Shown: piece by piece, positions 1 to 11,871 of the stretch
Numbering within the stretch: position 1 is the first letter of the stretch
Layout: each line of letters starts with the position of its first letter
Source: Paraspadella gotoi
Taxonomy: Eukaryota; Animalia; Chaetognatha
NCBI GenBank assembly: GCA_051294375.1
Contig: CM119264.1
Coordinates: forward strand, 15,463,473 to 15,527,472
Length of the DNA stretch: 64,000 bases
Direction: 5' to 3'
The notes under the pieces: model-generated
Databases searched by the model: none
Told to the model about the DNA's origin: nothing
The model's input: only the letters and a program-made list of their open reading frames with translations
Position numbers and translations under genes: made by a program

Positions 1-123
1 TAGAAGAATAAGTTATGAGGGATAGGTAAGTAAAGAGTTACTTAAATTAAGTTAAGAGAAAGAACTCAAAATGAGCTGCCCCCCCCGGGTGGGCAAAGGT
101 GGGACGTTTGCGATAGGTTCGGG

Positions 124-428
124 TCATTGGCTTGTCATGGGCTGAGAAGATATGACTGTGGAGTGTGACATTTCGGGACCTGGTAGTGATCCTCCTGGGA
201 AAATGCCTAACGCCACTCGAATATCTCTCTGGCCTGATAGGCCTGCCGATAGCCCTCCTCTCACCTGACGGTGAGGTGAGCGATTGCCTGTTCTTGCATG
301 CTTTGGTGCAGGAGATACAGACTCCTCTCCCTCCTCCTGTAGCCGTCGTTTTGGACGACGCCCGGTGTGAGAAGAGTCATGCCAGGTTGCTACAGGCTCG
401 GGAGAGGTATCGGTCGTCCATTGCCTGC
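124..428 (-). CDS. Probable terminal coding exon of an unidentified gene (low-complexity, basic/Ser-Pro-rich)
   Basis: GC-rich island. One minus frame is open for ~100 codons (RQWTTDTSPEPVATWHDSSHTGRRPKRRLQEEGEES...SSQPMTSQ*) after an AG acceptor (taataatag/gcag), with stop TGA at 126-124. It has no ATG at its start and is not in the ORF track. Confidence 0.45.
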
Positions 429-2051
429 CTATTATTATAATTAAAATAGACGAGAATCTCGCTTAAAAAAAAATTCAACTATCATATTTATATTAGTGAA
501 TACTTATCTATAATTATTTTTTATATGAATATAGTAAACAAGCAGCTTAATTTGTCTATAGTTAGACGAGAATCTTGCTTAAAAAAAAATTCAACATTTT
601 TCTAATAGAGAATTCCGTTCAAATCTGACATACCCAAATTGCAAACGCGTTTGCCAGAAATTCGGTTAAAAAACACTTGTAAAAACGCACGATTCCGAGA
701 GCGTTGCATCTGAAGAGCTTGTCCTATTCGTTTTATGGCATTTGATAAAGGATTTAATATCAAACAAGCCAGGGGAAATGCACTACTTATCTCCGGAGAA
801 TTTTAAACCTCATTTTTACTATAGAAATGAAAGGGAAAGTTACAAACCTCATTTTTACTATAGAAATGAAAGGGAAAGTTTACAAACTTAAAATTGCAAA
901 CGGGATTGCTATATGTTCCTGTTACATGAGCGACTTCGAATTTCGCGATTCTGATAGCTTTTGTGTCTGAAGAGCTTGTCCTATTTTTCTTTTTCATTTT
1001 ATAATGATTTTGACATAAAATGATCAGGTTTAAATGAAATAGTCCGGTTTGAATCGCGAAATTTTATTTAAAAAGAAATTAAAAGGAAGGTTGAGAAAAA
1101 AACTGATTTTTCCTAATATCTTTTGAAGGGATAAAGATAAGAGGATGGTAATAGTACCAAAATGAAGCCATAATCATAGGGCACATACAAGATACAATTT
1201 TAGAATTACTTATGCTGAAACCTCCTTACAGGGTGAGTGTCAAACTAAGTCAAAATTATAATGAATTTTAAAACTAATGACACCCCATAAGAATAAATGA
1301 AAATTAATTCTTTTTAATGATTCTGAAAGAAAAAAGGCTAAATTGTACTCTAGTAAAACTTTAAAGTTTTTTGGATAAAGAAAATGTGAATTTTTGTCAC
1401 TTAAATATTTGCTTGTCTGATTTTACAAGCATGCTTACAAAATTCTACAAAATATTATTCACCCCATCACAGCCTAAGTATTTATCTTTCTTTTCCACCA
1501 GCAAAAAGTAAACATTATCTTATTGAAGAGAACAGGGATGTTTACTGAAAGGAGCCGGAAGCCATTCAACTTCTTCACTTTGATGTTATTTTTCAATCAT
1601 AAAATGAGCGAATTTTTTAATTATTTAACTCTCACAGGCTTTATAAGATAATACACTTTCATAATATCCCAATGTTAATGTAATATATTATATTTTTTAC
1701 CCAGAAATCATAAAATAACAGAAAGTTGTGGATTCCCTTAGCTCGTTTAAGAAAAAAAATTAACTAGAGGAATTATAAGTTTGTAAGAGGAAGTCAGAAT
1801 CGGCGAAAATCTTAAAAGGCGAGAATGTTGAAAAAAGGGGTGGAATTTTGATGGGTTTCCTAAGATTTCTCCACAATGTGAGGTCCGATTAAAGCAAAAC
1901 TTGAGATTTACAATATTCCTGTCATTCCACATCTATCGATATAAAAATATAAGAAAAAGTCACTGGCTTCTTTTTCTATAGCGGCTTCCTAATTAAAACC
2001 GATAAAAAAAATAGTTATTATGGTGGACTAAAATCCACCAACCGTTCATCA

Positions 2052-2123
2052 GCGGCCATTGGTGCTGGAGGCAAGTCATTCGCCTCCCAACCCAAAGGTC
2101 CAGGGTTCTAGCCCGGTGGTCGC
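2052..2123 (+). pseudogene. tRNA-like head (Gly-CCC-like) of a SINE, or tRNA pseudogene
   Basis: 72 nt with acceptor stem GCGGCCA/TGGTCGC, A-box-like TGGTGCTGGAGG, CT-CCC-AA loop and B-box-like GGTTCTAGCC. The anticodon stem is degenerate. The sequence resumes at ~4065 after a hAT insertion. Confidence 0.6.
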
Positions 2124-4056
2124 TAGAGGTCCCAGAAATATCATACATTTCTGCAAAGTTTCTTGTGCCAAATTTAGTGGAGAAAACTAATATCACAATA
2201 AAAAATTTTTCTGGATGCTCATTATAGATTTTCCACGCCAGTTTTTGCGTCAAACCACTTCCGGTTTTAAAAATTCAGGATTTTTGGAAACAAATACTTG
2301 AATTAATCAAAATAAAGTTACCAATAACCTTAATATTACATTTTTTGTTTTGGTTTATAAATAATGTTATAAAAATATTATTACAAAAGGTTTTAAGTTA
2401 AAAATTTATACTTTTTTAAGCCAAATTGGCCCTGACCAAACCACTCCACTAATTTTAATAAAAATTTTACCATCTGGTTAAACAAATAGAACTAAGGGAT
2501 TTTAAATCTATAATCTTTAAACAAAGATATTGGACTTTAAAAAGTTTACAGAGTGATGCAAAAAGAAAGTAGCGACTTAGATGGAAGGCGACTTGGCCTT
2601 TGCAGCTCGCAAGCCTCTCACTCAACCCTAACCCTAAACCGGGCCCTAAGCAAAACCTTATTCTTATTCAGTTTCCCTTGCTTGGGATATCTAACCTAAC
2701 CCTAGCCCTCACCCTCACAGCTCTGAGCCTCAACTCTAACCCTAATATCTGTCATGCAAGCCTCTCCCTTACCACTAACCCTCCCGGCCATCAATAAGGC
2801 CAAACTTTAATCCTTAATTTCCTTCCTTAGTACCTTCCCTAACCTTAACCAAAGCTTCCTGTCCTTTTCTGAGCCTGTCCAAATTGCAAAATCGCAATAC
2901 TTAATCATAGCCACTTGGCCAAATGATAATTTTGCTGTTAGCTATATCTGTGCCATCAAGGTTGAGTACCTTAATGTTAATTTTTAAGGCTTGCTGACAG
3001 ACATGAGGCCTGAATAAGGGAAAGGTACTGGCCAGGGATGTTAGGGATTAAGGTTTAGCCTTGGCAATGGCTATGAGGCTGGGTTAGGATTGAGGTTGAG
3101 GGAAAGGGATGGACAGGAATTGGCAAAGGCTGTGAGGTTAGTTTTAATCCTTAATTTCCTTCCCAAGTACCTTTCTTAACCCTAACCCAAGCTTACTGTC
3201 CTTTTCTGAGCCTGTCCAATTAGCAAAATCGCAATACTTAATCAGGCTTGTACCAGGGACATTAAGATTAGGGTTGAGGCTTGCAAATGAATAAAAGTTT
3301 TAGGTTGGGGGAGAGGCCCACAGGTAATTCTAGAGTTCAGGTTCTAATTTGGTGTGAAATAGAAGGACCGTGTTAAGATTAAGGTTATCAAAGTAGCTTG
3401 CTGGAGAAGTCATGAGCTGAGAAGACTTATTATGACCTGCTAGCCACAAAGGCCAAAGCGCCTTCTATGAAATTGGTACAACCAATATAAAAATTATCCG
3501 TTCATTTAATAAATAAGCTATCTTGCCCCTGACTTTGGACAGGCTTTGGTGGTTTAATCTAATTCGCTACTTTTTTTGGCATCATTTAGCAAACCTTTAA
3601 AGGGCAATATCTTGGCTTAAGGATTAAATATTTAAAATCCCTTAGAGAGTTCTATTTGTATAACCTAATCTTACTTTCTTATAAAATCTTATTAGAATTT
3701 GTAGAGTAATTTGGTCAGGGACGATTTGATTTTAAAAACTCTAATAATTTTTAATTTGAAGTCTTTCGTAATCATAATTTTTTTAACCTTATTTATAAAC
3801 TACAACAAAAAATTGATAATAAGGTTAGTAGTAACTTTATTTGATTAATTAAAGTATGCCAGCTGAATAACAGCTCATTTTTCCCCAAAATCATTTTTAA
3901 AACCGGAAGTGGTTCGACGCAAAAACTGGCGTGGAAAATCCATAGCATTCAGAGAAATTTTTTATTGTGATATTCGTTTTCTCCACGAAATTTGGCAAAA
4001 GAAACTTTGCAGGTATCAGGAACTTTCAAAAATGCATGGTATTTCTGAGAGCTCTA
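2124..4056. mobile_element. Non-autonomous hAT element (~1.9 kb, long TIRs), copy 1
   Basis: Termini TAGAGGTCCCAGAAAT...ATTTCTGAGAGCTCTA, with a perfect 8-bp TSD GTGGTCGC (2116-2123 / 4057-4064). Inverted arms of ~450 bp, degenerate CCCTAA/TTAGGG tracts inside, no transposase ORF. Confidence 0.9.
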
Positions 4057-4539
4057 GTGGTCGCCTGTAACAGTGTTACAGCCTGATCCGAAGCTCAGGG
4101 ACTGCTTATATTGAACGGTTCAGTCACTAACACATAACAATTATTAATGTCTCTTCAGTATTTTTAAATAGTTTTTCAAAAGCCGCCAAAACCGCGGTCG
4201 GCAAAAATAAAATTTAGCCATAAAATTAGTAATATAAAAATTCAAAATAACAACCAATACTAAATAATTATGATGTCGGAATCCTGTTTTTCTTATAAAA
4301 ACTAGGTTCTTTCTTCCATATTAATTAAATAAAAAAAACCTTTTTGGGTTATTTTTACTTAAGCCGACTGGGGTGAGGGAGGGGTTAGGGTAATTGGGTA
4401 ATTTTTTTTTTTTAATTAAATATTTTTAAGTTGTTTTTTTTAATCTGCTAGGCAACCAAACTTTGAATAAAATCATACACTACCCAAGATTTTTTTTCTC
4501 ACAATACATTTTAAAGATTTTTATACATCCAGTATGATA

Positions 4540-4900
4540 TAAATGTAAAAAATGAGTGAGAATGAAAAAAAGATAAGAGAAGAGAGAGCATGTGTGAAAA
4601 AAAGTTGCAGGGAGAGAAAGAAAGAGTAGAAAGAAATTAATATATGGGGAGAAGGGGGAAAACGAAAACAACAAACAAGAAAAAAGAAAAGATAAGAAAG
4701 AGGGAAGAAAGAGAATCAGAGAGGGAGTGAAAAGCAGAGATAGAGAGGAAGAGAAATAAAGGTAAGGGAAGAAAAGAATGGATGACACAGAAAAATATGA
4801 AGACAGAAAAGTATGAGAAAGGGAGAGAAAAACAGAGAGAAAGAGAAAAAAAGAGAGGGACAGATTGAAGGTTCAAGAGAGAAAAAAATAGTGGAAAAAA
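4540..4900 (+). repeat. Purine-rich (GA/AAG) low-complexity tract
   Basis: Almost pure A/G run that explains the spurious F/S/L-rich minus ORFs. Confidence 0.8.
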
Positions 4901-6315
4901 TGGAAAAAAGTTTTAAAATATAGCGTGCCTTTTTTTGCCTAATCTGTAGTATATCTAAAAAACGTGATAGATCTGACGAGCAATTTAATCTTTAAAAGTT
5001 GCCCTTACCATGAAAAAGGTAAAAGAAATTATGTCTTACCGTATTTTGAAAGCATAGAAATTCACCCAGTGAGTTCGAATCGAAAAAAGTCAGAGGTTTT
5101 TTTAATATTATTCTTTGACCGGCCATGTATTAGAATGATGGCAATATTGCTATTTTTAAGTTTCAAAAAAATCCGAGCATAAATATAGAAAAATATTAAT
5201 CAAAATCTTCGGAAAATCCACCCCTTCTTTGGAAGATTTTCGCCATATAAGATTTTTTCCGAATCTGACTCCCGGTTGAAAACTCTTAGAATTCCGATCG
5301 TTAGCTCCTCTTTACCTACTTTTAAATAAAAATTTCACCAAAATGGACTAATTCACTTTAACATGATCGTTTCATATTAAAATAACCAAATGAAATGTAA
5401 AGAAAAATTTTGAGAGCCCTTCAGACATATTGCTATCGGATTCCTGAATTTGAAGTTTATTGATAAATGACAACATACCTTAAATGCGTTGACATTGTAT
5501 TGAAGTTTGAGAAATCCCTTTATTTTATATATAAAAATTGCGTCAAAAATATTTCCCGAGCGGACCAGTACATTTGAATTGAATGGTTCGATGTCAAAAT
5601 GATGGTTATTTGTCAAGAGAAAAAAAATGCGAGCCCTTCAGACGTAACAGGATCGGAATCGACTGTTTTTACATCTATTTTTTACCTAATTTTTCCCAGG
5701 GGCGTTGACATTATTTGGTAGTCAGATTTTAACGAAAATCTCCATTGAAAAAGTCTTCCTCGATTTCTAAGAACACGTAGACTCCTATAAGGAGAAAATA
5801 ACTATAGCCAACCGTTTTATTAAAATAAAGCGTTGTTTTATATTAATCAGTGGAAAAAAAAGAAATAATAGTTATGTCGCAATGCAGGATAAAAGCTAAA
5901 AGGGAGTTTCAGCCTACTTTTGCATCAATTTATTGATCTCAGAGACAACTCCTTTACCCAATATTATCAATTATGCCAGCCATTTGGTATTCAGAAGGTT
6001 CAGTTACAATGTGAAGGACCGTCATTACCCTGTGAGAAGATTAACAACGTCCAATCGTTGACAAAATAGAAAAAAATATGAAAAAAAGTATGACAAATTT
6101 TTTTACTGTATGTTTTCGAAATTATGGTACTGTCACAAAATGGTTTAAAAACGCATTTTTAATACATATTCTCTGTTAGAGCAGACCAAGCCCTTACCTC
6201 TACATAATTTTTGCGACAGTTTTGAATCAGGGCTTGTTCATAATCAATTAATATATCAGAAAATTGGACTGACAAACAGGTTTCTACTTTTTATCAAATA
6301 TTTTACTTTTTTTGC

Positions 6316-7030
6316 ACTGATGTCTTTGTTATGAGAAAAAAACGAAAATGGAGGGTAGTAGCGGTAAACCTATGTTGTTGTGATCATTCATGATAAATTT
6401 GAATAAAAAATATGCACAACTTTGATGATAGGACATTTTTCTTTAATAAAAAAATTGAATTTTTCCAGTTTTTCGAAAATATTATTTTTTGCGTTCATTA
6501 ATTATAATTAAAGAAAACGCGTAAACATTTTGCATTTCTAAAAACATCAGATTGGAGGTAATCAATTTGCGCAAAAATCTGATGTTTTTATTTTTGATAT
6601 TTTATTTTTTATGCAAAAAACATAATTATGAATGACCTTGGTCAAATCAATTTTTTTTATCATTTTTTCATATAAGCGCTGACCTTTTTTGTTCTGATGT
6701 CTTTTCTACAAGAGACCCATGGATTTGGAGGGTAGTAGCCATAAATCTATATTTTATGATAATTTGGAACAAAAATACGTACAACTTTGAAGACAGGGCA
6801 TTTTTTATTTATTAAAATAATTGATATTTTTAGTTGAAAAAAGCAGAATTTTTTGTTCATAATTAAGAATAAAGAAAACGAGCAAACATTTTGTATTTCT
6901 AAAAACATCAGATTGGAGATAATTATTTTGGGCCAAATCTGATGTTTTTTCATTTTTTAAAATTTTCAATTTTTATTGCAAAATATAATTATCATGATCA
7001 TTGGTCAAATCATTTTTTAAATCTTTTTCT
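6316..7030 (+). repeat. Diverged tandem duplication of a ~375-bp unit
   Basis: CTGATGTCTTT...TGGAGGGTAGTAGC...CATTTTG(C/T)ATTTCTAAAAACATCAGATTGGAG...TTGGTCAAATCA occurs at ~6316-6660 and ~6694-7020. Confidence 0.75.
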
Positions 7031-7035
7031 TATAC

Positions 7036-7658
7036 AAGTGGTAATAAGCTAACTTGGTCAACTTGCAAAATTTAATTCATACTTGCATTATTTGCGTCAA
7101 CTGGCATAATTTGGTCAACTGACATAAATTTTGTCAGCTGGCATAATTTAGTCAACTGACAAAAATTTGGTCAACTGACATATAATTTTGTCAACTGACA
7201 TAATTTGGTTACATGAATAATTGGTCAACTGACTTAATTTGGTTAACTGACATAATTGGTCAACTGATATAATTTGGTCAAATCAATCAATCAATCAATC
7301 AGAGAGAGATAGAGAGAGAGAAACTTTAAAAAATTCATAAATAAATGTGTCTTTGGTTTTCTAATTTGAACTCTTTTCCACTCCTACGATTCCATCAAAA
7401 AATTTATATCCAGCTTTAATCACACAGTTTCCTACCACACACACAAAATTTCATTACCAATCCATCCATCCAATCACGAGTAATTGGTGTTTTTTGCTAA
7501 GGCGGGACGGACGGACGGACGGACATCGTTTTTTTTTTAACATATTTATCATAATTCGATGTTCTGACATTGATATAAGTGAGTGCCCGACAATATTGAG
7601 GGGGCGACGACCAAAGGGAATTATAGAGTCGGAATCTGCTGAAATCAGATCCGACTAA
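7036..7658 (-). mobile_element. HINE/DINE-1-like non-autonomous Helentron, 3'-truncated copy
   Basis: 5' end TTAGTCGGATCTG with adjacent inverted repeat, (GTCC)n microsatellite and 18-bp AATTTGGTCAACTGACAT array. Collinear with the 58100-59130 part of the full copy. Confidence 0.8.
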
Positions 7659-7727
7659 TATTGTTTAATAAATGTGTGTAGTCGGGCATTTGCCTAGGTT
7701 CACCCCGCCTAGAATCATGACACTTCA

Positions 7728-7936
7728 GTGTGACCGGTGGCTCATTGAGTAAAAGCCAATCAGCTCATGACCACTAGGTACTGGGTTCAATCCCAACCCG
7801 TACTTATCCTGCGGGAAGCATGAGAACGGCCGTAAGCCGCCTTGGGGGCATGGCAAACCCTCAACCCTCAAGAAAGAGAGAGATAGTAAAAAGACACCAA
7901 ACAAAAAAGAGAGAGAGAGAGAAAGAGAGAGAGAGA
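7728..7936 (+). mobile_element. tRNA-derived SINE (Met/CAT-like head, AG-repeat tail)
   Basis: A-box-like TGGCTCATTGAG, CT-CAT-GA loop, B-box GGTTCAATCC, short GC-rich body, then an (AG)n-rich tail. Confidence 0.55.
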
Positions 7937-10653
7937 AGAATTGATTGATTAATTTTTAATTAATTGATTGGTTATGCTGAAAGCTCTTAAATTAGTACAG
8001 GATTTTTCCTATTTGGATTATGAGATTATATCATTTCTTTGGCTTTGATTTTCCATCTTTTTTTATTAGATTTAATTCTGTTCATTACATGTATTTTCCT
8101 GCCAAAGATTCTTTGCTATCATTTAATCTCTTTCTCTCTTCTCCTTTTCTTCTAATTAATTTCAAACCTTTACACAGTGACATCCAAATGTGTTGACCTT
8201 TTGAGTCTCTTTTCTTGTTTTTCTTTTTCTTTAACAGTTAGATACCCTCATATGAGAGCTAATTTTAATTTATTTTTACTATATTTATTGTCCAGCCCTG
8301 AGGATGATCGGTCAATATCACTTGCAAAAACCGTTTAAAATTCCTACATACAAGCTTTCCGAGAATATGGCTAAACGTCAGCCTTCAAAGCAAAATTTTT
8401 CACGAATAAAATTTTCGAGTTTCTCTCTAAAGATTTCTGACGCGCTAGTACCTAACTATTTTAAAAAAAAAGAGAGAAACGTTTTGCTGATTTTTAAAGC
8501 AAACATAAATGAGCAAGACATCAATGTGCCCGTCTCACATCTGAAAGTGATAGGTCTCTAGATGAGAAAATTTTTTCTTTAAAGTATTATTTACTGCGTA
8601 GTTCAAATCCTCTAGTTCAAAGTTCTCCGATTGCTAAAAAAAAAGTTATTTTCTTGGAAACTGTTTAAAGAAAGAGATTAGCAGGTGAGTGTGGTACAAA
8701 TTAAAGCCCCTACCTAATTCATGGACACCTTTCTCAAAGGTTTTAATTTAATTTCATCTATAATCTATTACACAGCTTTTGTTTAAATCATAGTTAAAAG
8801 ATATAACAATTTTTTGTCCGTTAAAAATTGCGATGAAGGCATATGAATTTTTTTGTTTTTCTTTTGTGATTTGAAAAAGGAGCTAAGACTTAATTACATT
8901 TTGATTTACCATTAAATTTTGCTTACTGCCATTAAAATGCTTGTATTTTTCAGTTAAAGTTAAAAACAAGCAAAATTTATATAGTAGCTTGATAAAATGT
9001 CTTTAAAATATGAAAAAGAAAATACAAAAAATGTTTTAAGCTTGATATAAACAGTTGGACATCGACCTTTCTTGTCCTGTGGAAAAAAAAATCGTCACTT
9101 TTCATTATCTTTCAACTGCCATACAAAAAGCTTGAACAAAACTGCTTGTTTATCATAATAAAATTTTTTAAAAAATTACATAGCTGGCGACATATTGACA
9201 AAAGCAAGACATCATTGTGTTAAATTGTAATTGATAATTTTCTTTTAAATAGAAAAAAAGAGAAATTTTTTATATCTTTCTTTTTATTTCTCTTAAATAA
9301 AAAATTTCAACGAAGGAAAAAAAAATTAAAAATCTACTCATCCTGATGTCATCATTTACTGATTAAAAGGCTAGATTTTTCAATTCGCCCTTTTGCCCAA
9401 GCCCCTAGACATGGAAGTGCCCAAAACTTTAAAAAACATTTTTACTTGATGTGCATTACAAGGCGGAACCCGCATTCGAATTTTTGTAATTTCCCTTTCA
9501 AACAATATTTAAATAAAAGAATCAATTATTTGCGAGATGTTTGACATGACAATGCCACTTCCGGTTAAGGCTTTCGATTACCCCACTTCCCGAATGAATT
9601 TTTTTAAACGAGGTTCTTTTTTCCGTCTATTTGAGACATAACACTAACTTTTGTATTACTAGTTTTTACAACTTTTACACAATCTACTTCCCGTTTAAAA
9701 ATTTTTCAGCGGGGGGAAAACCGGGGTCTTTAAAGTCGTGTTCAAAAAAATAGGGTATAAAAAGAGTTAAACGTCTGACAAATTAAAAATTGATGGCAGG
9801 AATCTATTTTTAAGCTTTACTAATAAATTAACTTTTATGGATTGATGGATTGATGGATACTCATTGATGAATTTTTTTTTATATTCATAAGTTTAAATTC
9901 ATCTATTTGTTTACCCTAAAAGTTTTTCAAATATACTTTTTTTATTAAAGATCAACTGCGTTAGATTTCTTAAAATTTTTCAAAATACTCCGTTATAAAA
10001 AACTAAAAAATGCAATAATCTCATTTGCATTATTGCAGTAAAAGAAATAATTTTTAAAAAAATATACATAATATATAATTTTTCTCTCAGGTTTAAAACG
10101 CTTATAACTATATGTGGTTATTATGATTCAAAGGTTATTAAGAAAAAAATTTTTTTTTTTTACAAAAAAATGAATTTGAAAAAAAGTACTTGTCAAAATG
10201 AAAAAAAGATAGATAGTGCAAAACAGAATCCCAGCCAGAAATTCAGAAATTGACAAAAATTGATCGAAATGACTTTTTACGCAATGGCCAAAGTTTAGTT
10301 CCAATAAGTATTTATGGGTAATGGATTTTTAAATTTATTCACTGATTTTACTGTATCTCGATTAGCCTGTAACAATTTTGCATAGATTTTTTTAGGATTA
10401 ACTTCTGTAAAGACTCAGGGAATAAAAAAAAATATTCAGATGGGCTGAAATCAATAATATTTTTTTTCGCCTCGGTGGAACTCTCTTTCAGCTTTTAGCT
10501 TGCATTGCGTCTTTATATAAGGTTTCAATTCTATTGTTGAAAATACCCGAATAGAAATCACTGCCGATGACAGGGAAATACGCAGCGCAACACATTGAAT
10601 GAACCCTTGTTGTTAACTATCTTTTCGAGTTTTTGACCATTTTTTTAATCTAG

Positions 10654-10822
10654 GCCGAAGAAAACGACGAAACTCGAGTTCGGTCAATCGGCTTTCACGA
10701 AATGGATTCAGCGTTGGACGATGAGGACGGAGCTGCCGCAGCGTCTGATTCGTCCCTGTCAGATGATGAGACTGCCCCGGGATCGCAAACTCCCGAATAT
10801 ATTGTTGATGGATCAGCAGCTG
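10654..10822 (+). CDS. Upstream exon, probably of the C2H2 zinc-finger gene (AEENDETRVRSIGFHEMDSALDDEDGAAAASDSSLSDDETAPGSQTPEYIVDGSAA)
   Basis: GC-rich open frame between acceptor ttttaatctag and donor gtcagt, with an in-frame ATG at 10702. Its phase-1 donor matches the phase-1 acceptor at 55358. Confidence 0.6.
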
Positions 10823-11565
10823 GTCAGTTATTTTCTTGATTTTTTACCCGAGTAATATCGAATATAATGTTGCTTCGCCCCCCCGGCCCCCGCCCTTCGG
10901 TTTTTGGTCTCGGTTATAATTTACTAATTAATTGTTGAGAGGAAGCCGACGGTTCTCGTAAGCCACATCGCCATGGCGATTCCGAGTTCGATTCGAAACA
11001 ATTGACTAAAAGACAACGTCAGTTGGGAGAAAGGCCTGGTGGTGATATTAGGGTTCAGGCTCGGCAATGGAGGGGGGAGTCCCGGGTTAGGGTGGTGTTG
11101 AGGCTCGCGGGAAGGGTTGGCATTAAAAAACCCACCCCAAAAAACCCAGTTCAAAAGAAAACTACTAAAAAGGGTTTTTTTTTGGGGGGGGGGGTTTGAA
11201 AATTTCGTGCTGGCTTCTGTACCATTTTCCATATATTAAGTAATCGTGAATCGCAAATTAAGTTAAGAGCTACACATTAGAAATGATTGCTATTCTCTCA
11301 TTATTATTTAACACAAGGTTAGGCTTCTTTTAAAGCTATGCATCAGAAAAAATTCAAGATTAATAATAACTTATATTTTAAAATTGGTAAAGCCATTATA
11401 AAAAGAATCCATTCATATACGATACAATGCAAGTTAACGTGAAAAAGCTTACCCATTAAGGCGTAGTGAAAGTTACATACAAAAATTCTAAGAGTCAATT
11501 ATGAACAACCATGCATCATGAAACATTAATTTGTAAAAAAAATTAATTTTATGTTTTTTTAATTT

Positions 11566-11871
11566 CGCAGTAGGCTATATTTATATATAGTACTATCCTT
11601 ATAAAATTGCATTTGAATTCCTCGTCAAAAGTTGATAAAAGAAAATATAAATCATTTTTAAAAATTCTTTCACTAAGTGGTGTAAAAATTAAAAAAAACT
11701 ATATTATTATATAAAAAAAGTTTATTTTCAACTTAAAATATAGCTTTTTCTAATTTTTTGACCCACTTAATGAAGGAATTTTTCAAAAATCTGCAAAAAA
11801 AATCTTTAAAAAAACTGTTTTGAAATTTTAACATTTATTGATTTAGTACTAGTAAAATATGGCCTACTGCG
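11566..11871. mobile_element. MITE (~305 bp)
   Basis: TIRs CGCAGTAGGCTATATTT / AAATATGGCCTACTGCG followed by TA, with an internally palindromic AT-rich body. Confidence 0.6.

Larger units (their letters stand above)
604..5750. mobile_element. Old long-inverted-repeat (foldback-like) DNA element, or two inverted copies of one family, hosting younger insertions
   Basis: Blocks 604-720, 870-980 and 1765-1870 are diverged reverse complements of 5630-5747, 5410-5520 and 5200-5310 (e.g. TCTGAAGAGCTT vs GAGCCCTTCAGA). Exact termini and TSD not resolved. Confidence 0.5.
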
